DNA of 64,000 nucleotides from Hydrolagus affinis (lineage: Eukaryota). Positions 51,400-64,000 of this stretch are shown here, piece after piece. The DNA lies in contig JAAILG010001079.1 of the NCBI GenBank assembly GCA_012026655.1, forward strand, positions 1 through 64,000. The letters are read 5' to 3'. Numbering within the stretch: position 1 is the first letter of the stretch; each line of letters starts with the position of its first letter. The notes beneath the pieces were generated by a model. That model saw only the letters and a list, made by a program, of their open reading frames with translations, ran no database searches and was not told the DNA's origin. A program made the translations under genes and the position numbers.

Positions 51400-51694
51400 A
51401 TATCAAAAAATTCGATATATCGAGAAAAAATTGATATATCGCAAATATCGATATATCATGTCCGGCGATATATCGATATATCGATATATATATCAGTGTA
51501 ATGCAGACTTTTTCAACTTACCTTGTCGATATCCGAATGCACATGCACACACCGGAATGCGTGAGCATGTCCAGGACAAAAAAAAAACGCGATATCGATA
51601 TATCGATATATAGGCGATATCGATATATCGGTATATATCGACATGGGCAAACCGATATATTGATATCGGAAAATTTCCATATCGACGGACCCTA
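51400..51694. mobile_element. Non-autonomous DNA element with (ATCGATAT)n sub-terminal arrays (hAT/Ac-like by recollection), one end lost
   Basis: Two arrays of palindromic GATATATC/ATCGAT words flank a core of about 90 bp. The right end GGACCCTA is a TAGGG-type terminus. Very CpG-rich. Confidence 0.55.
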
Positions 51695-51721
51695 GTATAA
51701 AGCAAATTAAAGTTGCCCTTA

Positions 51722-52020
51722 ATTTTGTCATTTCTGGTGATTTTTATTTCTATCTTGATCTCTATTCCTTAAGCTCTCACTCAGTCTCTCACTTTGTTTT
51801 TTCCTTCTCTTTAGCCATCTGAATGATTTCCACTTTTTTGATCCTGTCACTTTTCTTTTCTCCATTTTCCTTATTTCCTGCTTTCTCAATATCTGTTCCT
51901 TTTGCTTTCTCTCACTCTTTGCTTTTTCCGCTCTGTCCATTTGTTTATCTTTTTTGATTGCTGTTCCTGTCACTCTCTCTCCCTGTTTCCATCTCTGTCC
52001 CTCACATACCATTTTCAGGT
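51722..52020. repeat. Polypyrimidine low-complexity tract
   Basis: Predominantly C/T. Explains the Lys/Arg/Glu-rich ORF 51728..52012 on the minus strand. Confidence 0.7.
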
Positions 52021-54129
52021 TTCTTAAGTTGTGTGATTCGTTTGGGATATAATTAAAATACTATAATGGAAGCTTGATTCATTGGATATGAAAGGAGTAT
52101 GATTAGAACCGTGCGGGTATATAATGAATACAATTAAAATTACATGGTAAGATATATAATATTTATAGAGCCAGTTATGGTTTATTTAATCAAAAATCCT
52201 GAATATTTACAGTATATGTAACTGAAATTATATGACTATTTATAGTATGTATAATATAAAATGACAGATATACACAAGAGTATAGTATCTAATTAAAATG
52301 AGTCACGTCATACCGATAATTAAAATGAGAGACTACATAACATACAATGCAAATCACAAATAAAATACAAATGATACAGCTGCTGGATTGGAAAGTTTTG
52401 AAAACTCATTACCTGATCAAAATATTGCTTTTTGGTTGCGATGCAAACTGAACCACATCAGCGACCACCTTTGGCCATGATGGATTTTGCTTAGTTAGTG
52501 TAATGGTACCATCGATGTTCAAATCACATCTCTGTACTCCAACCTTCACAGCTTACAGGGTTGCAATTATTGGGAGGTAATGGCTAGGGCCTGATTGCAC
52601 AGGATTATTTACAACATCATGATTTGCATGCATTGTCTCAGGTCCAAATATCGAAATAAATGAAGACCAAGAAGAAACCTGGGAATTGTTATACTACCAG
52701 AGAAGATGAGAAATTGCAGTAATAGTTCAGAACAGCTGAGGCTATTAGCAACGAGCACATAATCTCCAGCAAGAAGCCACTGGGGTCTAACATGCACCAA
52801 TCATTAATGATAGTGAAGATTTTGTTGTGAATAAAGTATGGCGTAAGTAACAGAGAAATGGTTTCAGGTGCCACACGAAAAATGCTGAAAATACAGTGAA
52901 AGAAGACCAGGATATTGGCATTGTGAAGATGCTACAGTCATTATTTATTTTTATCATCTAGTTCAGTTAATTGTCTGTGGCAGCACAGTTATTTACCTAG
53001 GTTATAATCTATCATTGTTATCTAACTACAGTTACAAGGCAAGTAATCTCTGATTCATCTTGTATACTGCTATCATCAGTACAGGAATGGTTAGACACTC
53101 ACTCCATTGAAGAGCAGTACCTCCCGCCAGAACCTTGAATGGACCTGTGCCTGCACTGGATTGCTTCAAAGTTAAACAAGACTGATCATCTTTAGACAAC
53201 AGCTTTGATGAGAAAACCAGCTTTTCCTTGTCATTAACACAGCTCCCCACAAAATCCACACTCAACAGCTGTAGTTAGGGGAAAACAAACATTTTTAAGT
53301 ACACACATAAGACATCAACGTGTAAATAGTGGCTCCAAGGCACTTGTGAAGGGTGCTATGTAAATGCAAGTTGTTGATATTGTTTATTGATTGTGAATGT
53401 TTTACTTCTTCTTTCCTGAATTTACAAGTTCGTCTTGCTTTTCTCAAGTATTAAAGTGTTTATTTTTCTCCTCTTGTTAATTGTATTGATTAATTAATTT
53501 CAACGCCTTGGGATATCCTCCTGACGGAAAGACGGTCTACAAATGTAATTTTGTTGTTGTTGCTGTATTGTTACCAAATGAAAAAACAATTTGAAAAAAA
53601 GGTGTGTTCTTAAACATAAGTGAATCATGTCTTAATTCCTGAAAAAAAGAAAGTTATTTTTCATATTCTGCTCAGAAAATAAAAGTAAAGAATACAACAA
53701 CTAAAACAGGAAAACAGTGATAAATGTTCAACAAATGTGCGTTACAGGACCTGAATGGGCCGAATAGATGTTTTTCATTCCTACTCTCTTACATTTCAAA
53801 TGGACAATAATTGTTTCTATGTTTAAACCAGAAATTCCAAGTGTCCATTATTTATTTGTATAAAACATTCAAATGCATGTGGTACTTGAGCCAATTATCT
53901 AGCCAATTGCCTCTTACTGTGTTATACAGTATTAGCATTTCCTTCAATCTTTGGGGTATGTTCAAATGCAAATTCCTTCATAATGATATTTTTATTGGTA
54001 TGAAAAGAAAGGATAGGCAATCAGATGAATAGAGTCCACAATATGTCCACTATTTTATTCTCATCATTTTTTTTGTTTATTTCAGTTGACTTTACCTTGT
54101 TAATTCCCAGAAACATTTAAATGTGTATC

Positions 54130-54365
54130 AGCCTTTCATAGTTGGTAGAACTCTTACCTCAGAAAGGTGCAGGTTCAACCCCACATCAGGACTTGGAAGT
54201 CTAGGCTGATACTCCAATTTGGTGTTGTGGGTAATCTTCATTGATGGAGCTGTGGCCTTCAGATGAAATATTAAACCAAGGTTCTGTTAGCCTATCTAGG
54301 TGGATGTCAAAGATCCTATGGCACTATTCAAAAAATAATGTTTTCTCCTGGTGTCCTGGCCAAAT
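54130..54365 (+). mobile_element. Deu-domain SINE with tRNA-like head
   Basis: GGTTCAACCCCAC..AGGACTTG..CTAGGCTGA..CTTCAGATGAAATATTAAACC..AGGTGGATGTCAAAGATCCTATGGCACTATT..GGTGTCCTGGCCAA. Confidence 0.75.
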
Positions 54366-55799
54366 ATAGTTGGTTATGATGCGATGTTCAAGCAGCCTTC
54401 AAAGAGAAATGAAAAGACTTGATCAGAAAAATGACTTGTCTGTTCTCACACATCAATGAGTGAAAATAAGTTAAATAATATATTCCCTTACAAAAAAGGA
54501 TTACACATGCATGCAGAAGAATAATTCACCACAGAATTTTTAAGCTACAGAGTGGAAGTATGAAAATAGAACAAGCAGATAAGAAATACATTGAATTGTG
54601 ATAGATGGAAGAAAGAATGTTTGCTCTTGAAAAGGAATACAGAGGTGTGTCTTTACAGAGAATAATATTAGAATCAATTTAAAAAAACAGTATATTTGAT
54701 CACTGACAATGAATGCCACCAATTAAGCTTAACTTCTGGGATATCAGTTAATTTCAGATGAGTTACGGCCAATTTATTAACCAACAGCATAAATGACCTA
54801 ATACTCGAAGCCATTTATAGATGCAGTGTGGGAAATCAGAAATTAATTTCACAGTAAGTATTGAGGACTGAAATGTATTCACAAACTGGAAATGATTGCA
54901 CAAGTAAAACTTTTTGGTTGCCAACCCACATTTTAGATCTCCCTGTATAGCACAGGTTTGCTTGAATGAAACACTGCAGTTCAATATTAGAATAGTATCA
55001 TGGCCTAACTCGTCAACAATTTAGCTCAAGACAAAAAGTCGATGACAAAGGATAGCAGATCATTATTGAGCCAAATGATCCAGAACAACCAACCATTTTC
55101 ATGGTGATAGACAATGGTTAGCTGTGAATTTAGTGGTAGGAACAAAATATTTAAGTTAATGTTGTTCACCAAGCCCTGGTAATTTGGAGCATGTCACATT
55201 TTCATGTGTTGAAGAATACTGCAGGTAGATATTTTGCCTAAATAAAACACAGTGAATATACTATACAGTGAATCCTGTCAGGTGTTTTGAGATGCCCCCC
55301 AACATGAAAGGCATAAGATCAAATGCAAGAATTATTATTAAGTGAGTACTGTATATGATACAAGGCATTAGCTAATATTATGTAAAGGTACTTTAATAGC
55401 TCAGATTAGAGTGGACAACATGCAGACGTATTATGACAATTCATTATCTGGTTAGTTAAAATGAACCACAACATTTAAATAAATATACAGAATAACCTTT
55501 TTGACTCAAAACATACTAGAATAATTAATCTTATGTGCAGGAATGCATTGACTGTTGAGCTTAAACCTGACTTTTAAGAGAAAAAAGCTGACATTATCTA
55601 AATAGTGGAAGAAAATAATCATACTTGCATTTGACCTCATGGGCTCCTTCCTATTAACTCCTTGCAGGAATGTATATCTGTTAATCTTCGTGGATTATTA
55701 GACAGAATGTTTTGAGTTATTTTATCTTTGACAACCAACATTGGAGTTAGATGTCAAACATCTTGGTAGTGATATATTTACCCAATGGATAAGTGTCAT

Positions 55800-56300
55800 G
55801 GTGCCTGTTATACAAGCAAACAGTTTGCCATTGCAGTATTTGCTCTTAATTGTTACACCTGGGAAGTATTTTAGAAAGTGATCTCAGCATGGCTTCTCAA
55901 GGTAAATGTGACACAACATACAAGGACAGACTTCCACTGCAAAGGTGAGCATAGATAATGAATTGGAAGCCCAGCTGAACTATGGGATTAAAATGGTCAT
56001 TACTCTCATCGATATACTCCAGCTTTCATTCCAGCTGAGCTGAATCTTATCAAAAACCAGCAGCAACCTGTGACTATAATACAGAGCTGGAACAAACAGT
56101 GTTGGACTAAATTACTTGCACAAAATATTTTAACTGATTTCACTCAACACTCATCACTCATCAAAGACTTCCAATAACTATACTATAGTGGTCAGAACGA
56201 TACTCTTGGAACATCACATACAAGAATGTACACGAATATGAGCAAACAGCTATAGACAATGGTTGTAGTTAAATTTGCCAATAAGGTTTTTAACCGACTT
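55800..56300 (+). mobile_element. Possible ancient RTE-type LINE relic
   Basis: Scattered HLGSIL, SIDNELEAQL and RLPITIL motifs resemble the RTE ORF C-terminus. Highly degenerate. Confidence 0.3.
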
Positions 56301-58799
56301 GAAATACAACCCAAAAATTATTTAACTGCAGATTGGATTTGAAGCTGAAAAGTACAAAGTTGCAATGTTGTTTTACATCTATTAGGATATCAAACAAAAC
56401 AATTCCCGTAACAAGCTCTTTTGTGAGTCTTATTTGAAGAACAGCAAGAAAACAACTTCTATGACTTCAGTGAATCAAACTAATGACACTCAGATAACCA
56501 ATTAGTGGTGGTAGATAAACCAACTATGGAGGTACAAATGTGCTCATGTCACACACTCTTACCACAAGGAGAACACATATAGCGTACTTCACACGGCGCA
56601 GCATTTTGCAGCAGTTAAAAAATGTACCATTCTTACTGGGGGTGGGGGAGAAACTTATTGAACAATCCTCAGATGCAGAATGTTAAAGAAATCATGCAGT
56701 GCACAGCAAAGAATTGAATGTTAACCTTTCCCATCAGAAAATTCCACACATCTTGCTGTGGATCTCAAGTAGATGTATTAGGGCAATAGAAAATAATCTG
56801 CAGATTTTGGGAGGATAAGATACAATAGATTGATGTATTGTGAGTTTCTGGTATTTTAATAAGAATAATACTCGCATTTGACATAGCGCCTTATCACGTT
56901 ATTGAGATGTCTTAAAGCAATTCACAGATTGTATTGTAACCTGTAGTGACTGTGTTTTAATAGCATTTTAACTTACCCAATTTATTTTCTTGTTGTATTC
57001 ACATGTGCATTAATGGATATGTGGAATGCTATTTCCACATTTATGCAGACTATTACTGTGAAAATTAAGATTTGCAACTGGCAGTTTGTATAGAAAATAG
57101 CCCACAAACTAAATAGAATTTTAATGCCAGACTTTCAGCAGCCAAAAAAATGTTCTCGTCAATGTCTCATAGTGATGACAAAAATCTGATTAACAAATGA
57201 ATTATAGCATCCTTCAGTCTAGAAAACTATACTACCTGTTTTGCCCTATGAAAAGAATTATTTAAACACAGGTTAGTACTGTATTGAGATTGCAGAGAAG
57301 TCTAGGAATTATTTTCCCCTCTTCTCACCCCAAAGAGTGTCAAGGGAAATCTTTTGGGAAGTTTTTGCGATCAGGCTAGATGGTGCAGTGGTCCACTGTT
57401 CAATCCTATTACTATGTTACTCAATTGAAAAACTAGGCTTAAGTATATGTGGAGAGTGAAGCAAAACTAATCCAATTCAGGAGTGCTGAAAGAGTTAAGG
57501 TTGTGAAACTCCTATCATCTTTGTGGTTTCATTTACGCATGTCGTAAACATAAAAGGTGCACTTTTATTGTGAGATTGTGTTATTTTTATAGTGCACTGC
57601 CCATCACATTTAATTTCTGTAAAATAAACATAAACTGTCATACGTTGCGCAATAAAAATATGATTTAATGTCAAGGGATAATTCTGAGAAATGCGAACTA
57701 AACCCATTAGCAGTAACTGTAAAGATCAAAGTCCCATGATGTCTGTAATGCAACTGAATGATTTTGTAGCAGAATGCTACCAAAATTAAACCTGAGCTAA
57801 CCAAATAGCTTTTTAATTCTCACTGACCAAATCAATGGATTTCCATGAATATTTTGACACTGCTTAAATGGGTTTGCATCCTTGCCATTGAGATCTGATG
57901 ATTTTCCCTGTCAGACGGCAAATGTGGAAATATCACCTCTCACTGAACAAAGTCCAATATCTCATTAGAAATGAAAATAGAATAGAAGGAAAGTGCAAAT
58001 GCTGTCAGCAGAAGTGAGGGAAGAAATTAAATCTCCAGAGGCCAGTATATCTTATACAGAAGATTATCCACTGCCAGGCTGCATAAATCATGCCAAGGCT
58101 CTGGGACTGCAATGGGCTAGAAAATAAGAAACCATAAAAATGTCATATTGAAATACAGTTGCAGAGAATTCTTTTATGATGAACTTAAATTTGCCTGACA
58201 TCCCCACAAATTCAGAGGCTTGCTAAGATTGTTTATGCCCTGCATGCTGCTGTCACTCAGGCAGTTCCAGTTACCAGCAAATTATCCTAAACGGGCCTTA
58301 TTATCAAGGAAATGAATTTTTAACCTGGATTGCAAGAGTGTTCCTTTGTTTCCTATTTTAGCATTGCCAATGTTCGCTTCACATGGGAGTTATCCCGATT
58401 TACTGAACTTGTCTCATGGTAACCTTTTGACCATTTGGGGGAAGGAAGGTTATATATTAAAAAAAAGACTGACAATAAAATCTTGGTATATTCACATAAC
58501 TCCACGATTAAACAGAAAGTGTAGTTAGTTGACTGAATCGTGTTGGGTCCTGAGATCTCAGGTTTACATTAAGGTTTAATCCTGTTGGTAATCTCTGGCA
58601 TTCTATCTTGTGGCAATACAACAACAACGACTTGCATTTATATAGCACACCATGCTGGGAGTATCTCGGAGTGATTAATCTCATCATAATCTCATAAAAG
58701 ACATCCTAATAATAATAGTAATACAATGTACAAAAAGCATGAAATTCTTATGGTTTTAGCGTTAAGATCATTCTTTTTAAGAGTTGTGGGAAACAATTT

Positions 58800-59155
58800 T
58801 CTAAATTATGTTTCTAAAATTCTGCACAATCTTAACTATTAAGATAATGGTTTTGAAGCTAAGATTTTCTAGTCCCTGGTTGCGAGAATGAACAAACTTC
58901 TGATCAGCATGATCACTGTTAACAATGCTTACTATAAACGTATGGAACAGTTTCCTTGGTGAAACAGTGGAAGCAGAAAGTGCTGATTCTTTCGAGAACA
59001 AATTAGATAAGATTTCTGTTGTAAAATAAAATCTTGGGATACAAAATAAAGTTTGGGACATGACACGTTAAGCGACTGCCAGGATGTTAAAAGGGGAACT
59101 GGATGTGCCTTGGTCTTCTTTCGCCCAGTAAATTATTTTGTTCTTATGTTCTTAT
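58800..59155 (+). mobile_element. CR1 LINE 3' relic
   Basis: NVWNSFLGETVEAESADSFENKLDK followed by a GTTCTTATGTTCTTA tail. Confidence 0.7.
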
Positions 59156-59299
59156 CTCTCCATTGGAATAAAACATAATAAAAAGCAAAGGATTGATCAT
59201 AATGGGATGAGATCCCCCTCAGGTTCAAGGGGTGTAGCGTCTAATTCACACTCAGCAGAACTGAAGTAATCCATACTGAAATGTCACAATTGTTTCATC

Positions 59300-59410
59300 C
59301 ATAAATATACAGTCAATTCACTTTTTAGTATATTCTGTGAAGCGCTTTGAGATGTCTAGAAGATGTGACAAGCGCTATATCAAATGCAAATAATATTATT
59401 GTTATTATAA
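59300..59410 (+). mobile_element. SINE 3' fragment
   Basis: AATATACAGTCAATTCAC..GAAGCGCTTTGAGATGTC..AGCGCTATATCAAATGCAA. Confidence 0.8.
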
Positions 59411-60417
59411 TAATTGTATATGAGGAGAACATCTGTTTGTTAGAAAATGCTTTAAATACAGAAGCGATATAATACATGCATATAATGCCTAATACCAAAT
59501 TTATATTGACAATTTATACCTGAGTCACTTTTATTCAGGCCCCAGGAGATTTCTAATTATACCTGAGCCTGGATTATTTACTTCATTATTGTATACCTTA
59601 AGCATCCAGCATTTTGGAACCCAACCAACATCTGTCCAAAGGGCTTTACAAAAACATACACTTCAAAGACAAAATCAAAGAGGTCATTCCATGTGAGAAA
59701 TTACAAATGTATGCTTTTGAAGTTTGCTTTGTTGTGGATCAATTTTCAATATACATTACTGTCCATTTAAATTCTGTCAAGTTCATAGGATCTTCAGTGC
59801 CCTCAGAAAGCAAGATGTTTCATAGTACAGGCGGACCTCAATAATGCTTTATTATGCTGGTGTTAAATTGAGAGATGTACAGATTTCCCTCTTCCTGGTA
59901 CCTGACTTGATGTGTTCAGGTACAATTGCCAAAGGCTGTAATGTTCCTGTTAATTAGTTCTGGAGCTAGGTCATAAAAAGCAGCTAACTATGTGTTTTTT
60001 TCTTATGATTAATAGCTGCCAATTTAATTCAGGAAGTGAATGGAAAACTGGAGATCACATCTAAGTGTTATTCGAGTCACTTTTGTAGTACCACACTAAA
60101 TTGCACTTGTAATTGATCTGATCCTTCAAGTTGCCCACATTGGGGTTTGATATGCATTGATTTGTTACTAATAGCAACTTCTGCCAGTAACTGGTAGTGT
60201 GTTATGCTGACCTGTAGGAACTCTTCTCCGGTATGGGATATATTTCCAGTTAGCAGAGTTTCCAATGGGTGAGATTGATATCCTTCCAGTTAACATTAGG
60301 AGTTGGTATTTGTGACTAGGAATTCCTGGTACTAGTAATACCTATTACAAATCATTGCACATTATATTTCTTGGCTCCCTTATCAAATTTATGCAGTCAG
60401 TGTGGTGAGAGATTATA

Positions 60418-60841
60418 ATAATAATAATCTTGATAATTGTTTTGGTGTTTACCTCATCATGCCATCAAGGCTCTCAATATGCTTGACAGGAACTCCTGTA
60501 AAGTGTAGTGTTGTGACTGTGTATTTATAGGTGAATGTAGCAGCCAATTTGCACACATAAATGTCCTTCAAACAGCCATGGAGTAAATAACCAATTTTAT
60601 TTGAGGGCCAGGACACCAGGGAAATTCCCTTCACTTTTTAATTAGTGCCGCAAGATCTGTCACATCCACCTGAATAGACAGATAGGCTCTTAGTTTAACT
60701 CATCCAAAGGATTGTACCTTTAACAATGCATTGCACTCAAGCACTGCATTGGAGTGTCAGTCCTTGACTGTGAGTTCAAAGTCCCGTCATGGACTCAAAA
60801 GCCTTCTGACTCAGAAGCAAGCGTGCTACTGATTGTGCTAG
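60418..60841 (-). mobile_element. Near full-length Deu-domain SINE
   Basis: Tail, GGCCAGGACACCAGGG, Deu domain and head (CCTTCTGACTCAGA.GCAAG.GTGCTAC) all in order. Confidence 0.8.
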
Positions 60842-62179
60842 ATGGACACCTGATTACAATATGTATGTGGTCAAAGTTACCTTCATCCATTCATTCCTGT
60901 TCACTGATTCAACAACAGATGTAGATATGTCTAAAATGGATTGAAGGACATGTAGGTATTTTGACCATGTTTAACAATACCCTCAGTGTTGTTACTCCTG
61001 ATAAAGGTTGAAGCTTGAAAAATTGCAGAGCTGATAATGTGCATTTAAAGGGAATTATTAATTCCGGATTTGATAACAATGAATTTAGCAATGGCAAATA
61101 TTTTTAAGTATTAGTAAAGCATTAAAGAATATTGAGCCTAGATGGCCTAATTTGGTGGCTAGATGCTTGCTTGCAGATCAGAATCTCGCTGGTTCAAATC
61201 CAGCATCAACTGACCCGCTCATTCTGTGTTATTCCTTCTCACTGGTGCACTGTGGCTCAGCTTCTGCTTGCATAGAAACATCTACATTTCCCAGTGTACA
61301 TCCCTGTGCTAGTGTATGCTTTAAGTAGGTGTGCTGCACGTTCTATTCTGATGTATGGCAGATGGTCCTCTGTGTCCTCCTCATTCAGTAAGAGAGCAAT
61401 CGTTATACATCCATTTGTTTTCCCAGCTGTACTGCTCAGACACAGCTGGAATAGTGACATGGAATATCCTACAATGTACTTGGAACAATAATTATTCAGA
61501 GTCTGAATAATATATGTATTAGCCAAACATTTTTCTCCTCCAAGTTCCGTAGTTTCTATGCTTTGCAAGCACTCTTTCTGTTATACTGCCACCACTGTCT
61601 TCTCATATGACGTAATTGCTTTCATGTCTGGGATGTGGTAGGGCAGGGACATATACACACACACTACCTGTCACCCTTGTTGAATGCCCATTTTGCTTTT
61701 GAGCTTTAGGAGCTTGATTTGTTTTCTTACATTAACTCTTCCCTTTTGGCTTTGTTCATTATAATTTGCATAATGCTGCTAATTCCATGCTTACAAATTC
61801 TTTATAATGTTACTTTCTCTGCCAGGGCAGGGTTGATTATAGTAAAAATGAGTTAGCACATCAACTTTCTCCAAAGCGCATACATGCTTTTTGGTTCTGC
61901 CGATAATTATGATTTTGACACTTTTCTGGAACATCAAAGATTTCCTGCAAGCCTCCTGATACTCCATTCTATGAGTCGCACCACCACACTTATTGCCTTG
62001 TTTGGACATGGAGGGGTTGGGGTGTAGGAGAAACACTTTCAAAGCTTCATTCCAAAAGCAACTTTTTGGAAGGATGCCATTGAACCGTTTCCTGTTAGGA
62101 ATTCCATGCCTTGAAGGTAAATTGGCAAACATTTTACTTCTTACATACAACAAAAACAAGAACAATGCATTATTCACAA

Positions 62180-62996
62180 ATCGCTCCCTGGTTCACCAGC
62201 CACCTCTGTCCCTCAAGGGTCAGGTGTGGGCCACTGAACGCACCTGGCTCAAATCTGGCCTAACCAGTCTAACATTTTCCAACCTTTCTCCCTCTCCTCT
62301 GTCATCACCACCATAATCTATCATGAAGCACACCACCTTGGCCCCGTCCACAACCCTCTTGTTACCTTCCTGCTCCACCTCCTCGCCGCTCTACATGAAA
62401 GGTGCTCTATAAATCTAATTTTGTTATCGGCCTCCCCCATCTTTTCCCTCTATATGCTGCAGATCATCCAAAACTCTGCATCTTGTGTCCTCTCACGCAC
62501 CAGGCTCCGCGACCCCATGACCCCCACCCTCACCTGGCTCCATTGGCTCCCCATCCCTCAGAGGATAGAATTCAACATCCTTGTCCTGACTTTCAAGGCC
62601 CCCCATGGTCTTTGCTTCCTCCTAACATCTCTGACCTGCTGATGCCCTATCAACCTGCCCTCTCCGTTCAGCAGGCTCCAACCTGCTCCATGTCTTCTGC
62701 CCAACTCACCCTACCATTGGTGGCTGGGCTTTCAGCCTTTCTACCTTCATTCTTTGGAACTCCATGTCACAATCCCTTTGCCTTGATCCCTCCCTTGCCT
62801 CCTTCAAGGCATGACTTAAGACCCTGCTTTACGACCATGCCTTCAGCTGCCACACCTACCTCTCCACCGTCCCTCATCCCAACCCTGCCCCCCCCTTTCC
62901 CCCATTCTCAGGTCCTGACCTCTGACTGCTCAGTGCCTTGGGACATTCCCCCAACATGAAAGACACTCTACAAATGTAATTTTGTTGTTATTGTTG
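62180..62996 (+). mobile_element. L2 LINE relic (ORF2 pieces and 3' end)
   Basis: ERTWLKSGL, then LQIIQNSASCVLSRTRLRDPMTPTLTWLHWLPIPQRIEFNILVLTFKAPHGL, C-rich UTR and (TTG)n tail. Confidence 0.9.
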
Positions 62997-63084
62997 ATGA
63001 TGCTATTACATAAACATTGGCTGTTATAAATTCAATAATGATAGAATAACATTTCTTCCGTGTAGGAATAATATAACAATCCCT

Positions 63085-63235
63085 GCATAAGAATGTCCCA
63101 CAAACAGTCTTGAATTCAAAAACCATTTTTTTGAGGGATTAAATCTGCCAATCGACCAACAATTGGGTTCTGTATTCTGCCAGGTCTGTGGAGAAAGAAA
63201 ACTTGCCCAAGGCTCTGCTTCACTCTAGAATTGAA
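63085..63235 (-). mobile_element. SINE internal fragment (long variant)
   Basis: AATGTCCCACAAACAGTC..GAGGGATTA..GCCAATCGAC..GGGTTC..AAACTTGCCCAAGG. Confidence 0.7.
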
Positions 63236-64000
63236 GGAATTTTGGACATTCATAAGATTTCATTGATATTTCTTTGCAAAAGTTCCTCTTGACGCCCAGT
63301 TTCAATGACAAAATAAATGTTGTTTCCTTATGTGAAAAGCCATATTTGATATGCTTAATGTAACCTCAGTATTACTGGTTAATTGGGATTTTTGTTAGTA
63401 ATGAGAAAATGGATTATCTGGATGCGCTGATTGAATGTAATTAATAATTCTTTCTCCTCGTTAGATAGTCAGTTCATTTTTGGTCTGCGATGGGTGAGGA
63501 GTGGTCAGTTCACAGTTCTTTGATTCAAAACTATGCACAGTATATGGATTGGAACAGCACTGAGGAACTTTAGTTGTATATTAAAATAAGATATTTTCAA
63601 TGTTTCTTTAAAAATTTCTGGCCATAAAATATAATTGTGTCATCTATGTATAAATAGACTTTAGAATGAGTTCAGATTTTTGGCAGGTCATATAACACCA
63701 GAACAGCAAAGGAACTAGTGCAGAGCCCTGAGGAACATAGATGTCAATCATATTCATGTTAAAGAACGATCCATTAAAACAACTCTTTGAATGTCTGTCC
63801 ATAAGATAAGATTGAAGCTATTTCACTGAATTATTTGATAAGGCACTTTCATGTATTTTATTCCTAAGTACTGTATGTCATGACTGACAGTGTCAAAAGC
63901 TTTTCAAGATAAAAAGAATATTGTTTCACATAAGTTATCCAGTCAACACTGTTGTAAACTTCATTGGTAAATTCAATTCAAAAAATCAGCCTTTGCAAGA

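Noticed and set aside
51400-51694. CRISPR-like array or RYIDI-repeat protein
   Set aside because: No constant repeat with unique spacers. The ORFs arise from stop-free low-complexity palindromic words. Eukaryotic context.
51728-52012. Lys/Arg/Glu-rich ORF
   Set aside because: Artefact of a polypyrimidine tract on the plus strand.
53032-53268. Minus-strand ORF after a strong acceptor
   Set aside because: No recognisable protein and no convincing donor.

Overview
AT-rich, repeat-dense, essentially non-coding vertebrate DNA (intron or intergenic). The repeat inventory points to a cartilaginous fish, probably a holocephalan such as elephant shark or a chimaera; this is an inference from family resemblance, not a database match. 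Repeats include a tRNA(Val)-headed SINE with an L2-type tail, older Deu-domain SINEs, L2 and CR1 LINE 3' fragments, PIF/Harbinger relics and MITEs. I recognise no host protein-coding exon. The ORF track is explained by TE relics or chance. Highlights: (1) a palindromic retro-insertion at 44735-44955 with a perfect 14-bp target-site duplication (TSD) and a minimal type-I hammerhead ribozyme core at its centre (Penelope-like), plus a decayed second copy at 48685-48819; (2) an internally deleted Ginger2-like DNA transposon at 36820-37484 with TGT...ACA ends, inverted repeats and a KRBA2/SCAND3-type Cys-rich transposase C-terminus missing from the ORF track; (3) three exact 24-36-bp copies of unique sequence 1.4-2.1 kb from a second copy, resembling templated insertions; (4) repeated nesting of L2 3' ends inside SINEs; (5) candidate regulatory sites: an RFX X-box cluster, a CTCF motif and a TATA/CCAAT block. 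All alignments were done by eye, family names come from memory of consensus motifs, and old-repeat boundaries are approximate.
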